Source: Phoronis australis
Taxonomy: Eukaryota > Animalia > Phoronida
Direction of reading: 5' to 3'
Assembly (NCBI GenBank): GCA_002633005.1
Contig: NMRA01000090.1
Location: 236,752-300,751 of the forward strand
DNA: 64,000 nt
The notes beneath the pieces were generated by a model. The model was not told the DNA's origin, did no database searches, and saw only the letters and a program-made list of their open reading frames with translations. The position numbers and the translations under genes are program-made. Below are positions 37,605 to 51,539 of this stretch, in pieces. The number at the start of each line of letters is the position of its first letter. The stretch's first letter is position 1.

Positions 37605-38412
37605 GTAAGATGTCCAGATTTTAGAGACGGGTTTATGTTAGACATTTCCCTGTTTAACTAGGTAAAAACGGGAATCGTCGGTCTAATAATATTCCTTATC
37701 GTAATAGAATTTCCTGTACTAACAAAAATCGAAACAATCGGCGTCTTGTGAAAACTTTTTAGAATCTATTGGGGTTGGGCAACCCAAAAATTGTGCACGC
37801 GTTGCTTATGGCATGAGTTTTAGGATTTAGACACCTACCACGGTAAAGAATTTCATTTTACGAGAGTTAAAGCCCCAATTCCATTAATAAGGCCAATGCA
37901 TCATTGTGAGATGTAAAACCAAAGGAAAAACTTCGCTTTCTTTGCGAAATATTGCGTCGCTCGAAAATGCAAAGGGGTTTTGTTTTAGGAGAGCATTTTT
38001 AATGCATTGAGAATACATTGTGTAAAGTAATATCCAATACAACGACACGCCTGTCACGGGAAGGTATACCACACGCCTACCACGGGAGGCTAATACTTTT
38101 GATTAGTAAAAAACAATTATTCTCCTAGCGTAACATTACAAGCTAAACATGACGTTGGCGCAGATACGTGTATACGTGCACTTGCACACACAATTCGAAT
38201 CGTACAGGTTCATTGTATGCAAGCCTATTATTAATTACGGAGCATATTATGAATGCAAAATAACTCATGCAAAATAACTCATGCAAAAGTGGACTACCAT
38301 TATATCAAAACTTCTTATTGTTCAATTGGTTATTTGCTGACTTACAGGCTTCAACATTAAGAGTGTATAGCTACGCAGATTTAGTCATAGGCTGGTTGTT
38401 AATCTTTTATAG

Positions 38413-38619
38413 CAATAGCCGACAGCGACCCAAACGATCAAATGCTAAGAACATTTCTTGGCGGTTACGCAAAGCCCGGACAAGGGAAGCAGAAAGACAA
38501 AGGGTCACAGCCCTGCGTGGACATCGTGGATTGCGATTGGTATGGTCCAGACATTTGCCTAGCAAATGCAACCTTCGCCGAAAAAAACTGTCGCCAGTTT
38601 TGTGGACTCTGCGGTATCA
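38413..38619 (+). CDS. Multi-ShKT protein exon 2: pro-region plus ShKT domain 1
   Basis: ttatag|CA...A|gtaagt (alternative donor after 38613); IADSDPNDQMLRTFLGGYAKPGQGKQKDKGSQPCVDIVDCDWYGPDICLANATFAEKNCRQFCGLC, six Cys ending CxxxCxxC. Confidence 0.85.
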
Positions 38620-38769
38620 GTAAGTTGCATTTATGCTAACACCACCAAGATCCAACATTTATTGACATCATCAGGCTCCAACATTGATATTAACACCAAC
38701 AGGCTCGAACAATTACTTTATGTTGATCATAACATTATCAAAATATTACTATTAATAACGATTAAAGTG

Positions 38770-38961
38770 ACAAAAGGTGAGAAAAGTAACATATATAGGC
38801 ATTGTATTAGCTACAATCACCGAGCCAACTCTGTTAGTATTATCTGCAGAGAACTCAATAAGGAGTTACTGTACATTAAAGAGTCATTGGCCATTCAGAA
38901 CCAGCATGCCACTGATTCTCTGAATAACATGCAAAGCTCAGTGAACCTGCAATTATGGTGA
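38770..38961 (+). mobile_element. Penelope-like GIY-YIG C-terminal remnant
   Basis: KSNIYRHC..YNH...IICRE....LLYIKESLAIQ......LNNMQSSVNLQLW* resembles the PLE endonuclease C-terminus (IKESLxI...LN). Confidence 0.6.
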
Positions 38962-39376
38962 TGACCAGCTGCTGACTATATTCTATGTATCTCTCACTTC
39001 ATTCTATGGAAGTTACCTGAGCTGTATGTTGGCACTTGTTGTCCTAAGTTGTTTTAAATATGATCCTGATGATGTCTAATGAAAAGACGAAACGTTGAAT
39101 TGAACATGAACTTTTTATTTGTGCGGCGATCGTCTGGTTTTTAATCTTATTGTGGCCAAAAACTGATTTAATTGCATTACAACAGAAAGTAATAATCATA
39201 TTATATGATAATAATACTGCGAAAGATATCAATAACCATTAACCATTGGGATTATCATTACTATAATTTTTACTTTTAGAGTTTATGATTATACTATAAT
39301 TGTTAGTAAAAAGCTTTTAAATCTCATTAGTTTTCAATGTAATTAAGAATAAAGCATGGTCTTCCTTTTTAAATAG

Positions 39377-39481
39377 AATGCAAAGACAGAGAGAGCAACT
39401 GTTTTGATTATGACGAAAAGTACTGCAAAGAGCACCAAACCTGGGCCAGTGAAAAGTGTGCTCGACGTTGTGGAAAGTGTT
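39377..39481 (+). CDS. Multi-ShKT protein exon 3: ShKT domain 2
   Basis: aatag|AA...T|gtaagt, phase 1-1; CKDRESNCFDYDEKYCKEHQTWASEKCARRCGKC (missed by the ORF track). Confidence 0.88.
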
Positions 39482-40500
39482 GTAAGTAGATGGAAACAAG
39501 TCAGCATTTAACCTTCTGACAGGAAATCCCAGCAGCGACAGTGAACATCCTTGCCACTAAGTAGACCTTCAAACTTGGGAGTCATTCGCATGACTACAGT
39601 GCTGCGCACTGTTTGTTATCGCTTGGTTATACGTCCTAATGTTTGATTTCAAGCGTCACTGAGTTTTATGACATTAAAGACGAGGGGACATGTTTTGTTC
39701 CGGGATATCACCATTTATACCCCGATTACACTACGGACTTTATTTCGGCTTAAACCCTTTTGTCTCTTAAGCGTCTGCAAACGCTACCTTGTTAGCTGTA
39801 AGCATTTCAACCCGAATCCACTCAAGCAGGGGATTTCGAGCCGAACTAAGTCTCGCAAGTATGAATGGGCACTCATATCGAAACCGATGGGGGTAGAGGT
39901 ATTGTACACTTGGGCACATGCACATGTTGGTTCCTTTGTCTTCTCTTATCGGTGATACATGATTGATGTTCTACAACAAAATCTTATTCCAAAATCAAAA
40001 ACCAGCTGACACTAGTCAATGGGGTATTCCCGGAAGAATGGAAACATTAAAAAATGTGAAATGAAAACCATCAAAGCAATCCAAATACACGCCATTTTAC
40101 AAAGACGCTCATTGCCAGGAATAACAAAGTTGCATATTCAAAAGATTTGTTCAGCAGACGGCACATCGCCCTAAACCAACTCGGTCTTGCTAGAGTCAGG
40201 TGGGGATAAGTCGCATGTAATGTAAACGCGAAGACGTATTAACGTGAGCCCGTTTGGATATACATACTTGAAGTCAACCCAGGGTTCTAGTGCAAACAGG
40301 GTATTATTACTACTTGAGTAAATGCCGCTAAGTTGTCGCACAGGCCTGCTAGATTGTTTTGTATTCGACACTTAAATAAAGAAAATCGAATTCCTTTAAT
40401 CTCGATCCCTTTCTTTGAAATACACGATTCAGTAATCATTTATTTATTCCAGTTGTAGATAGTTTTGTATTTAAATGTTTGCGATTCGTTTATTCTTTAG

Positions 40501-40620
40501 ATAAATTGGTACCTTCTTACTTGCCGTGTTATGACAGATCGCGCCGCTGTGATGACGTCAGAAAGTGTTTTGACGCGACGTTGGCAAGACGCTGGTGCAA
40601 AAAGTCATGTGGCTTATGTG
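40501..40620 (+). CDS. Multi-ShKT protein exon 4: ShKT domain 3
   Basis: tttag|AT...G|gtatga, phase 1-1; KLVPSYLPCYDRSRRCDDVRKCFDATLARRWCKKSCGLC. Confidence 0.85.
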
Positions 40621-43235
40621 GTATGACGTAGGAGATAAGAATTGATATTGTAGACTAATGGCAATTTCATGAAAGTTGGATGTCTGTTTTGATGGAGCAA
40701 TATCTTACAAACGTTTGTCGAAATTTAAATAGAATTAATTTTAGTCGAAAACAAATGGGTATCTAGTCGCGGTTTTGTTTGCTGAAACTTCCGAATCACG
40801 GAGTTGTGCGCAGTTGAGAACTACCGTAGTGTTGCAGTCATTGTAATAAACACAGTGTAGTATACAGTATGCCACAGTGTAACGACGGTTTTACTTACAT
40901 GCATATGCTAACACACCGGAGCGTGGCTGGCAACGATAAACATTTAAATCGTACAGCAATTCCAAAAAATAAATGCTCATAAAGTTGCCATTTCCGCAAT
41001 ATTATGGAAGATGCATACAACAAAGGCGGCTTTATCCACTGTTTTTATTTTGAGTACGAACACTGACAGCAATTGTTGGTGCAAACGTAATCGGACAAAG
41101 TGACCTGAACACGCTAAATGCGTACCTCAAATCATTCACACACATGGCCAACACCTATTCGGCGTCATCGCGTGTGGTTGTTAGTTCGGAAAGACGTAAA
41201 ACATGCTGAACACTGTGTACAGAACAGACTCTGGGAGCTGTTCAATCACACAGAGGTTTTGCAGCAAAATCATGATATGTGTTGCCTCCCAACTCGTGTT
41301 CACGTGTTTACCTGCTAAATGTACCAGAATCCTTCAGTTGTCGTGAACGAGTTTGCCTGATGAGTTAACACAGAATTTGATGTTCTAAGAAGAAAACGCC
41401 ACAGGAAGAACAAAATGATTCAAATGCGATCACTATCGATGAAATGAGTGGCAGCTTGAGTTGGCGTTTGTTTGGCTGGACATTTCAAGTGAACTTAGTA
41501 TGAAGATAATTTTTCACTGTTCAGAAATGGCACAATAAAAATTCAACTATCATTTCCATGAACATTCGTGAAAAGTTAAGCCACGAATCTCTTTCAAACT
41601 ATAAGAATATGAGAGCGAGCACACGTCAGTGAACCCCTAGCTATGTTAATAAATTAAAATTTCTGGTAGACTTTACACATGAGAGACTGTACCTTAACGT
41701 CTTCGATAGGATTCAACGGGCAGACGTCATTTATACTCCTTAACCCCAGACATAGAGCGTCACGAAGAGTGACTAAACCGCCGAATGATATCGAATGAAA
41801 GCTTAGGTGATATAGTCAGTGAACCCTGAGCTGTAGAAGCTTTAAAACAGGTTTTGTTAGTACTTTAACCTGGAGGTTTAGTTTTAACGTTTCTTCGTTT
41901 GATTCACAGGTGAACTTTCAAATGTAAAAGGTTGTTGAATTTAAACTTGCATATTTTCGTGTAATTTGCCACTGAATTTAATGGAAAATGACAAAATGTA
42001 AAAACATGGACTTCTTGTACAATCTTGACATCTGCCTCTCTCTTTGCAAAACTACTCAAAAGATCAAAGGATCATTGTTAGATCTTTCGTTCGTCGTCAA
42101 CAACGCAGATGGTTACTCTAATTAACGATTTATTCTACACTGGAAAAACCAAAGACAATTGCCAACATGGTGGCTAAACCGGAAGTAACTGTTCCGCATA
42201 AAACATGCCTACGACTAAATCACTATACTACATTCATTATAAAAATAACGGTTGTGTTTCTGATGCAAAGACCACGGCTGACGTCGATTTTCAAATGTTT
42301 TCGACTATTTTGACGCCCCCTGAGGGCAATTTTGCTTTTTTACATCGACGACTGTGTCTCCTTAACCCTGTGAAGGATCTTGGCGAAATGTGTTCCTATA
42401 GACATGGCAACAGATGACAACGAGTTTCACACCAATCAAACTATAGCTGTGCCCCTTAATATTAAAGGTTTGTTACGTTTACCTCTAAATCTTAGGAGAT
42501 ACTTGGCTTATTTTCATGAAATTTGACAAATAATTTGTATTACAGAGACGACGCCACGTTCTCATTTCGTCAATTCGGACGGGTTTGACGCATTTCCCTC
42601 CATCTAATGGCCATTTTTGCGATACTAAAAACTCCTACAGAAGCACACCGTTTGTGGTGCTGTGGTGGGGGCATTTCAAGGCTCCGTGTTGCTCTTGTTA
42701 ATACATGGCGTCATCTCAGGAATTCTTGCGCAAGTTTGTGTTCTCGAGTCTACGTAACAGTGGCATTCATTGCAGACATCACAATCGATCTCGAATTCGT
42801 CTCAATCCCGTTCATCGCCATTGTCAATACCTACACCTTGACCCTCGTCATTCAAATCTGCTTTGTCATCAGGAACAGCCACAGTCACAGGATCTTCGTT
42901 CACGCTCATAAAAGAATCCTGCTCCTCAATTTCACTTTCCTCAACACGGTCGCCACCATGTAAAATAGAAGTTTCGCCGGCATTCACGTTTTCTACATGG
43001 TACATTGTGGTGCCAATCCATGACCATCAACTTCTTTTTCTTCAAACTCATGTTGTACAATAACTGGTGTATCATCATCATTGCCGGATGTGGACACACT
43101 TGAGGCTCCCGAACTCAGAGACTGACTCAGTCCACTCATTCTTGGAGCTGGTTTCAGTCTACGTAGGATCCTGTTCCGATTTCTTGGTGCCTCTATCCTT
43201 TTTTACTTCTATCTCCTTTCTTTCACAATGTAGAT

Positions 43236-43485
43236 CATGCGCGCACCCAGGCGGGGAGGGGGGGGGCTCGGGTGGCTCCCCCATTTGACGAAGTAGGCAA
43301 AAAGGTCCGCCTCAGAGAAACAAGAAGTCCGAGACAAAATCCACAGGAATTCCGCGCACGCACGATTCATGAACGTAGTACCCCGTTTTTGTTGTTTTTT
43401 TTTAGTACCCGTGCTCTTTTTCAGTAAAAGGTCCAAATGCTGAAAAATTTGAGCCCCCCTATATTTTAAGGTGGGTGCGCGCATG
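43236..43485. mobile_element. MITE with perfect 14-bp TIRs
   Basis: catgcgcgcaccca ... tgggtgcgcgcatg, flanked by tagat / taaat. Confidence 0.8.
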
Positions 43486-43559
43486 TAAATAATCAAATGG
43501 CAACAACAGGTTTCTGTGTTGAACACGCTCGTTCTATTCTCTCTACTAACCACAAACAC

Positions 43560-45135
43560 CGGAACGCTTGCATCAGTCGGTTTACAATGTAAACTTCATC
43601 CTCCCACTTGTCTGCAATCTTGTGCTTACCGTCAAAGACAACAATTTTACCTACACTTGGTTAACAACTTCCAAAGCAGCGCCTCACACCTTATGGTATT
43701 ATAAACCCTTCTGCTTCTTGCTCGACTTATCGGTATCCCTGGTTGCTAAATCATACGCATGCTTTAGTTGGTCTCCCTTGATATAACTCAGTAGACTTCG
43801 AAGAGCCTGACCTATTCTGTTCCAGTCCAGAAGCCAGGTCAATGAGTAGTCTAGCTTCCCTACCAAACATAGACATGAAAGGAGATTGACCAGTAGACTC
43901 TTGACTGGTAGAATTATGCACGTGCACCAGTGTCCAACGTGACTCTTCCAGTTATGTTTCTGACCAGTATCCTACCGAGAGTCCCTAGCATAGTTGAAAG
44001 AGTCCGACTGAATCTCTCAAACATACCATTTCTGGGCGGAAGATAACTTGTGGTTCTTGACTTCTCGATTCTTGTCAACAGACATAATTCTTTAATGATA
44101 TTACGTTCAAAATTTGGACGCTGATGTGAATATATTTGCTTCGGCAGACCATATAAACTCAGTAAACAAAACTTCTGTCATTGCCATTGGTGTCTGGTTC
44201 TTCATGTGGTGAGTATAGCGTGGGGAAATGTTGTAAAGAGATCAGTAAAGACCAATTTGTTCTGGAACCCTTCTTTTGACACTTTCAGCGTGAGAAAATC
44301 GATACATACCAAATCAAATGGCTGCTTAGTGACTATATATTTAGAAGTGAAGGTCGAACATCAGTCAGTGACTTGCGCTTGACGCAGCGATCGCAATGCC
44401 GAATTCAATTATTAACATAGAATGCATTTCATACCAGGAAATAGAACCTATCCTTGAGAAGAGCCAGGGGTCTATCCCTTCCAAGATGCTCAACGTCGTT
44501 GTGTAGATACCGGAGTGCCTTCTTCACGAACTGTTGTAGAAAAACTGATGTCGCATAACACCGTCTATCATCGTTTCCCTGTAAACAGAACACCATTGAC
44601 CAATTCCATGTGATTAAACACTCGTAACATATAAATCCTTTTAGGTGTTGCCGGTACCTGATCAAAATGTACCTTCTTGCCGCTCGTAACACATGAAATC
44701 CACCGGCTTAGATCAATGTCGTCGTCCTGTGGCTTCCGCCAGTCACGAGTATACCGATGATTTTACACTATTGAAGTCATCTTTTTTCAATATGAACATT
44801 CACTGATAACCGTAAACATCCAATGATCGACTCATTGGCGTGAAAAAGGTATGGCTAGAAATTTCAGTTGACACTTTCAGTAGATATCGTTTCTTCAACT
44901 GCATGTCGCCGTTAGTCGTGATAGTGCGCCTGCGTTTGCGTTGTTTCTACCAGGTCTGTGAATGATGTCAATCGTACTGTGCTTAGGCTGCCAACCAGCG
45001 ATGACCAGTCGCATACAGCTTGGCTGAAGTTAAAACGTAATTCAGTGGATTATTTTCTACATAAACAGTAAATCTGTAACCATACAGATTTAAACTTTTG
45101 AATTACAACCCACTTTAAAGCTAGGAATTCTACTA
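43560..45135 (-). mobile_element. Degenerate Ty3/Gypsy pol remnant (RNase H plus integrase)
   Basis: Minus-strand fragments LEFLALKWVV...NNPLNYVLTSAKL.ATGHRWLA (RNase H), LHNDVEHLGRDRPLALLKDRFY (HHCC region), PNFERNIIKELC...KSRTTSY.P..NGMFERF.RTL (integrase core); many stops and frameshifts. Confidence 0.88.
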
Positions 45136-45799
45136 ACGAAATGTTTCATAATTCTGCTCACTCTAACCACGGCTAGCGTAACTAAATACTCTTTGCTCAC
45201 CATCGTGTTTTGGTGAAGCAGGTAGCCAGTAATCGGGATAACTCAAAATAGGTGATGAAGTCAAGGCCTTCATAAGGATATCTCAAACCTTATTCATAAA
45301 AGTTGGCCTTTCTTACAATATTTCTCATATGTCTAGCAAAATACCTAGTCTTTTACTATTAGACAAAGTCTGTTTTTGATATACGAGTTAGACTGATAAC
45401 TTTAATGGGTACTTCTGTTCTTCAAACTTGTCACACCGCAGAAATTATATGTAAATGGCTTATCTTAAATCAGTGCATAACCTTTTGTTCTTTTGGGTGT
45501 CACAACGCGCCTTTGTTGCCCATTACGTTGTGTACTGTGATCAAACATGGCAGGAAATCTGCTGAATAGGCCCGTATCAAGTTGCGTTGCAGTACGTGCC
45601 TAAAGCAATTGTTTTGTTTCAGGAAATTCAACAACAACATATTCGTGTTCTGATGGGATTCCAAACTGCAGCGATTACTCGCGCTCCGTTTGTACAGACC
45701 ATCCTGATTGGTCACATTCAAATTGTCAGAAATGGTGTGGGTTGTGTGACGTTCCATCAGGTGAGTCATTGTTGTTAAGACGGTGTTGGTCATAACTTC

Positions 45800-48610
45800 T
45801 CACAATTTAACACACTGATTTCAGGACATTCTGCTAATGGGCTTCATTTGGGTTTAACTTGACGCACAATCATTCATGGGTTGACACAATCCCGAACTTG
45901 AGGGGTTAACCTAACACACAACATAGGGCCAACCACAGCTTACAAATGACATACAAGTGAAACTAGATCAGTACCTTAACATTTTGGTATTTTTTCAAAG
46001 CGCGATAATAACTTTACGGCAAAGTGAACTTGATACATGACTTGGGAAAAGACATTTGACTGGAAGATGATAAGAATTGATGGATTACTTCTAGGACACT
46101 GACGGGTAATTGTTATTGTATTACGGGTGAATCACTGACATGACACACCACTAAAAGCACTTATGTGTCTCTCCACAAACCCAACTGTTGGGCCTCACTT
46201 ATTGCATAACTGGTCGGTCCCTATAATAAAACACAACTGATAAATATTTCCTGTCTCACACGTAACCCATCTGAAGGGCTTATCCTAACTCCCCGATGGA
46301 ATAAACATATTTTATTGATGAGTTTCTATTAGCCCACAACAGAAGACTGATTCCTAAACCTGAAGTTCACTCCTAAAACTAAAGTTAAGTGTCACTCTTA
46401 ACACACATACGGGTCGTACCTCACACACAGCTGAATGACAGCTTCTAACACAGAGCTGTTGGGTAACTCCTCACACACACACTTGGTTGGGTCTCTCCTA
46501 TATAAGACGTTGATTGGTCACTCCTAGCATAAAACAGATATGCATTTTGCTGGGCTTCTCCAAAAGCACTGTTGGTTACTCAAAACACACAACTGAAGTA
46601 TCACTTAGCACACTGATGGATCACCAGCTCTGAAGATCGTCTCTTAACACGATGATGGTTCTCAGAAAACTGCTGACGCACACAACTCATGGGCGGCGCA
46701 GAACTGAAAAAAATAGGGGGCTAAAGCCCCCCAGCACCCCTGTGGTACACCCTGATGGGCCAATCTCAACCCGCAGCCCAATTTTCTCTCCTAATTAACA
46801 TACTGATAGATCTTTAGAAACACACTGGCGGGTAACTCTTAGCGCATGTACGTAACTACGGTTTCCATTTGTTTCAAATCAAGTGTGAAATGGGTCCGAC
46901 CTTTGTGGCCTGCACGTTTGATTCAATGTAGGCATCAAATTGTCTGTATTTTAGCAAACAAATGATGGGTTTCCCCTAACACTCAAGTGAACGTTCAAAC
47001 ACTGGTCGGTCACAAGAATTTCACTCATTCAAAGCCCGGTTTGCTAACTATGTGTTCATCTTGCCCTGCGGAGGACAGATGTCAGCGCATGGCAGGCCAG
47101 GCGGTCCGGCTCCGCCCGGTAGCAACTTATACGAATGTTTCTGACCACAACGTGGGAGTTATTCCTTAAATCCATTATTACTTATATTATACCATTCAGC
47201 ACCATGGCAAGTTTTCTTCCTGAAGTTATTTCGCCACTAAATATGGTATTCTGTCGTTCATTGTTATTTGCTGGCAGTCAGCCGCTTGGCCGCCCCGTAA
47301 CGGAAGTCGCGGGGGATCACCGCCGGTATCTTAGTTTCCATGTATATTTATTTTCGATATTTTCACAAGTTAAATTGCGAGGATTTTCTAACTGTATAGC
47401 AATTTTATTCAATTATTTTGATATTGCATGTTCGTTGTTCTCTTGTCCGGCAAAATGTATGTCAAAATTTATTTTGCCACATTTTGTCAACAATTTCAGT
47501 ACATATTGTCCGTATTTTGGCTTTATTAAAGTTAAGGTCCGCTGTTGATTATTTAACCCATTGCAAGCTGGTAAAAGACACTGCTCTAGTCGCACAGCCG
47601 GCGTTAAGCCTAGCTTCCTGAATGACTTGTTATTTCCTGTTTCGCGGCAAGTTCAAAATGGTGGTGTTTTCTACGAGTCGGAATCGTGATCGAGTGGCAC
47701 GTTAATTTAAGCTTTCTTCTACTACGGATTGTCTATTGGTTGTGGATAGGTACTGTGTGGTTCCTTATAATGTCTTCTAAATATTTAATAATAATTGTTA
47801 AAAACGTCTGCTACTAGGACTTTAATACCCTCCTGAGACACAACAGACTGATACGCTACTCCTAATAGACAATTGAATTGCCTTTCTCAACACACGAATT
47901 ATGGGCTACATTATACATGTACACGTAACACAGAATAGAGCAGCCATTACTAACACTGTACAAAAGCTCAACTGCCAATCGAGGCAGCTGCTGCGTTACT
48001 TGTACCACATACCCAAATGGTGGCTCCTAACAAACAGCTGAAATTACTGCCCTAGCAATAGCATGCAACTAATGGGCCATTCTTAGCTTGTAACTGGAGG
48101 ATATACCCGTAAAATAAGTTGTGCCAGTCCACCAGATAGCGCTCTTGTGTTAGCCGCGCCTTAATTCTTTTCTTCAAATGGCTATAATTGTTGGAAATTA
48201 TTAATCGGTATTTTTACTCTCACAATAAACACGTGTTTCGTTCGTTCAGTAGCCTGTTGGACCTCTTTAACCTACTGGCGTTGTCACTTAAGACATACAA
48301 CTGAATGGTCAATTCCAACACACAATTGTCCCCCACTTCTCCCACACTTATGGGTCTCTCTTAACAAACTGATATGTCTCTCCTCAATGATTAGTATCTT
48401 CTAACACACATTGGCCATTCCTAACACACAACTGATGGGTCAATGCTTACACAGAGGCTCTGATTCAATCCTTGTACACAAGTTATCTGACACTGTAAAT
48501 TACACACTGCAAGTGGGTAACTCTTAACACACGGATGATGGATCCAGCTTAATCTTTACAAAAGTTGTTGTGTCACTGCTACAAGACTACCGATAGGTCA
48601 CTCCTAAAAC
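45800..48610. repeat. Old, degenerate ~25-bp satellite interrupted by other repeats
   Basis: Recurring variants of cctaacacacaactgatgggtcact at ~45800-46850 and ~47820-48610. Confidence 0.65.
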
Positions 48611-48918
48611 ATGAATTTTCTCTTCATTCGCGGTTGATGGCTGACTACATTTAAAATTCGGTTGCCCAGTACAAATCGTACTGCCGGTTACGTCACATCT
48701 GGCTGCAGCTGATTGGCGACGTCATGATCAAGAGTCGCCGTGGAGTTTCGCGCTTCGCCATGATGTGATAAGTCAAGGAAATTCTGATGTAAGTAGGGCT
48801 CAAGTGTTTTTCTAACAGCTGTTCCAATCAATTCATGCTCCCTGCATGTTGGTACTTTTTATGGGTATATTTTAAGCACTTCCCATTAATCATGCTTTTA
48901 ACCTATTTCTTGTTGCAG

Positions 48919-49065
48919 TGCTAACGACTGCTGTTCAACCCAAAGCGTTAACAGAAACTTGCCAAGATGATATTGACAACTGCGATGATTATGACTCATC
49001 TATCTGCCAGGAGTACAAATCGTGGGCAAAGAAAAACTGCAACAAGTTTTGCGGCTATTGTAAAG
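48919..49065 (+). CDS. Multi-ShKT protein exon 5: linker plus ShKT domain 4
   Basis: tgcag|TG...G|gtggga, phase 1-1; LTTAVQPKALTETCQDDIDNCDDYDSSICQEYKSWAKKNCNKFCGYCK. Confidence 0.9.
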
Positions 49066-50241
49066 GTGGGATTTCAGTTTTGACGTTTTCGTGAAAGGTC
49101 AGCAACTGGTTCAGGATTCGACAGAGTACGATACGGCTTGTTAATGGGACTTCTGTAAAATGCAGAAGTCAACCACAGGCAGATTTACGTTTTCAATAAG
49201 GTGGTGGGATGGGGGTTGTGATTCGCGCGAATCCGAGGCGCCGAGCAAGGGAAGGTCAGGAAGGGGTTGCCCTCCCGTGTAAGATTTTTTTTAATTTCGT
49301 TTTTCTGACGACGTTTTTTATTTTTATTTTTGATCCTTTCCCGGGGGGGGGGCTTAAGCCCCCTGAAACCTCCCGTAGTTGTAAACCCATTAGAATGTAC
49401 CGGGCAGCACTGAGACTGAGTGTTAGCAGTTCACTGACGTTGATTTCACGTACTTAAAGAAGCACTTCGTCCTGTTTAGGTGGCTAAAAACCGAAAATCG
49501 AATTGGGAATATTATTGTTATAAAATCAGTATTGTAACATTCCTCACCGTGGTAGGACTATATTTTCATTGCCAATAAGCACGTCGAAACCATCAGCTAA
49601 TCAAGAAAACGCCTAACTGTTTATTGAAATTGGCCAACCCTGAAATTGATAATTCGAAAATGGGTTTTCCTTGGTTTCTCAGAAGTTCCTTTACTTATTG
49701 CCTGATGACGGGACGTGTAGTCTCGAAATATAGCTGGTGTTACTTTGTTTGTTTGTTATGTCTCTCGGTGTTTTGCAACATAGATGCACACCTGAAGAAA
49801 GTACATTGTTTCGATATTACGAGTGACTGTATCAAGCTTTCAAAAAGAAGGTTTAGTCGCGTTTTCAACGAAGTTTACGGATTTGTATGTGGTAAATAGT
49901 TTTGATGACTTACACCAATTTTCGGATGGATTCGACGTATTTTGCGCCATCTAGTGGCCATTTTTATGATACAAACAAACACCCCTAGAAACACACCGTT
50001 TGCCCGCTCTGCGTTTCTCGTGTCATAAATGTATTTCACTGAAGCATTCAATGATATCAAAAGTTTGTCGTTTGTGCAGCAGTGCGTCAAGATCATCTGC
50101 GATGCGTTCCAAAATAGTGAAGTCATCGCCCATGAGTGCCATGATAGTCACCTTATACGGTAACCAAAGAGTATCATATAGTGTATTGATCAGTGACAGT
50201 AAAGTAATGTGTGATGGCTGTCATAATATTGAAATGTGCAG

Positions 50242-50388
50242 CGACAGTTTCAGGTAAAGCGACGACCACCGGAAGCATATGTGAAGACAAGATTACCAAC
50301 TGTCATGATTACGGTTTGACTGCATGCCAGGGCTTGTACAAGCCGTGGGCTCAATTGAACTGCAAAAAATTCTGTGGATTTTGTAAAG
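50242..50388 (+). CDS. Multi-ShKT protein exon 6: linker plus ShKT domain 5
   Basis: tgcag|CG (or alternative in-phase acceptor giving start 50254)...G|gtaaac; TVSGKATTTGSICEDKITNCHDYGLTACQGLYKPWAQLNCKKFCGFCK. Confidence 0.88.
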
Positions 50389-50699
50389 GTAAACACCAGA
50401 CACTTTGATAGCCAATCAAAACATTAGAACGTAGATGAAATACTTCTCAATCACCTAAAAGTATCACTTATCGCTGTTTGGGAGGGTGTCAAGCTCAACA
50501 TTGCGAATAAACGAAGTTATTAACGTTTTAAGATGTGCCATCCTCTTTAAGCACGCCTTATAATGACTAACTCAAAGAACACACCCCGAAACTATCAGTG
50601 ATCACTGCCAAGCTTAAAATTTAACGAAGAGATTTTAATACATATTTTGAGCTTAAAATATTTTAAGCCGGGATTATAATAACGGGGTAACTACAGTAA

Positions 50700-51500
50700 G
50701 TATAGTGTAGTTTATTTATTTCAACATTTAATGCCTTGGCCACCATGTTACATAAAACTTACAGGATAACGCTGAGCAGCTTTTCCCTGAGGACAGTGGC
50801 GTGAAATACAAATTTCATTAGATTAAGCTGAGCAAAGGCTCCGACATTTTCATTATTTTTCAAATGTTTGTTTATTTGGTTCACGCCAGCACCACTCAGG
50901 TATAAATGCAGTTCTCAGAGAACAGTACTTTTTGCAAACACATGTGGAATGGTATTCATCTTCAATTAGGGATACACAGAAACAGCACAAACGGTATTCT
51001 TGGTCCACAGGAGCATCTCTACCTTTCTCTATCATCAAGTGATGGTTGAAGTAACGCAATTTTGGCATAGCTGCTAAAAAGACATATGGAATATAGGATA
51101 GGATTCTAGTTCAAAATCAATTTTAAATGAGGAATGTTTATTAAGTTTTGAGCTATTCTCCACAGCAAAGCCTCAGTCTTGTAAAAAAAACAATCTTTCA
51201 TTTGCTGCTCAAAAATGACAAGAAAAGATACTTCGCAGCCAACTCCCTGATTGTGCCATACCAATTCAAAACCATATCTTTGCAGCAAATTCCTAACAGA
51301 GTAAGCTAATTTTTCCTACCAGCCTCATCCAATGTGACAAGCCTGTCATAGACTGATTTTTGGATTTCAATTTAAACCAATACTTGATCACTTTAACAAA
51401 CAGCTTTACATAAATTGGATTCCATACCAGTTCTCCCAGGACAGCATGATTTGAACAGTTATTTCCAACACCCAGGTGTTTATATTTATTCAAAACTGTC
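50700..51500 (-). mobile_element. Degenerate 3' fragment of an RTE-X-like LINE
   Basis: Frameshifted pieces SNHAVLGEL...IKYWFKL, GFELVWHNQGVG, HHLMIEKGR...RLCCFC...EDEYH, homologous to the C-terminus of the 33643 ORF. Confidence 0.85.
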
Positions 51501-51539
51501 GACTCTGCCTATGCCCTAGGCCACAGCAGTCTGAGTGTC

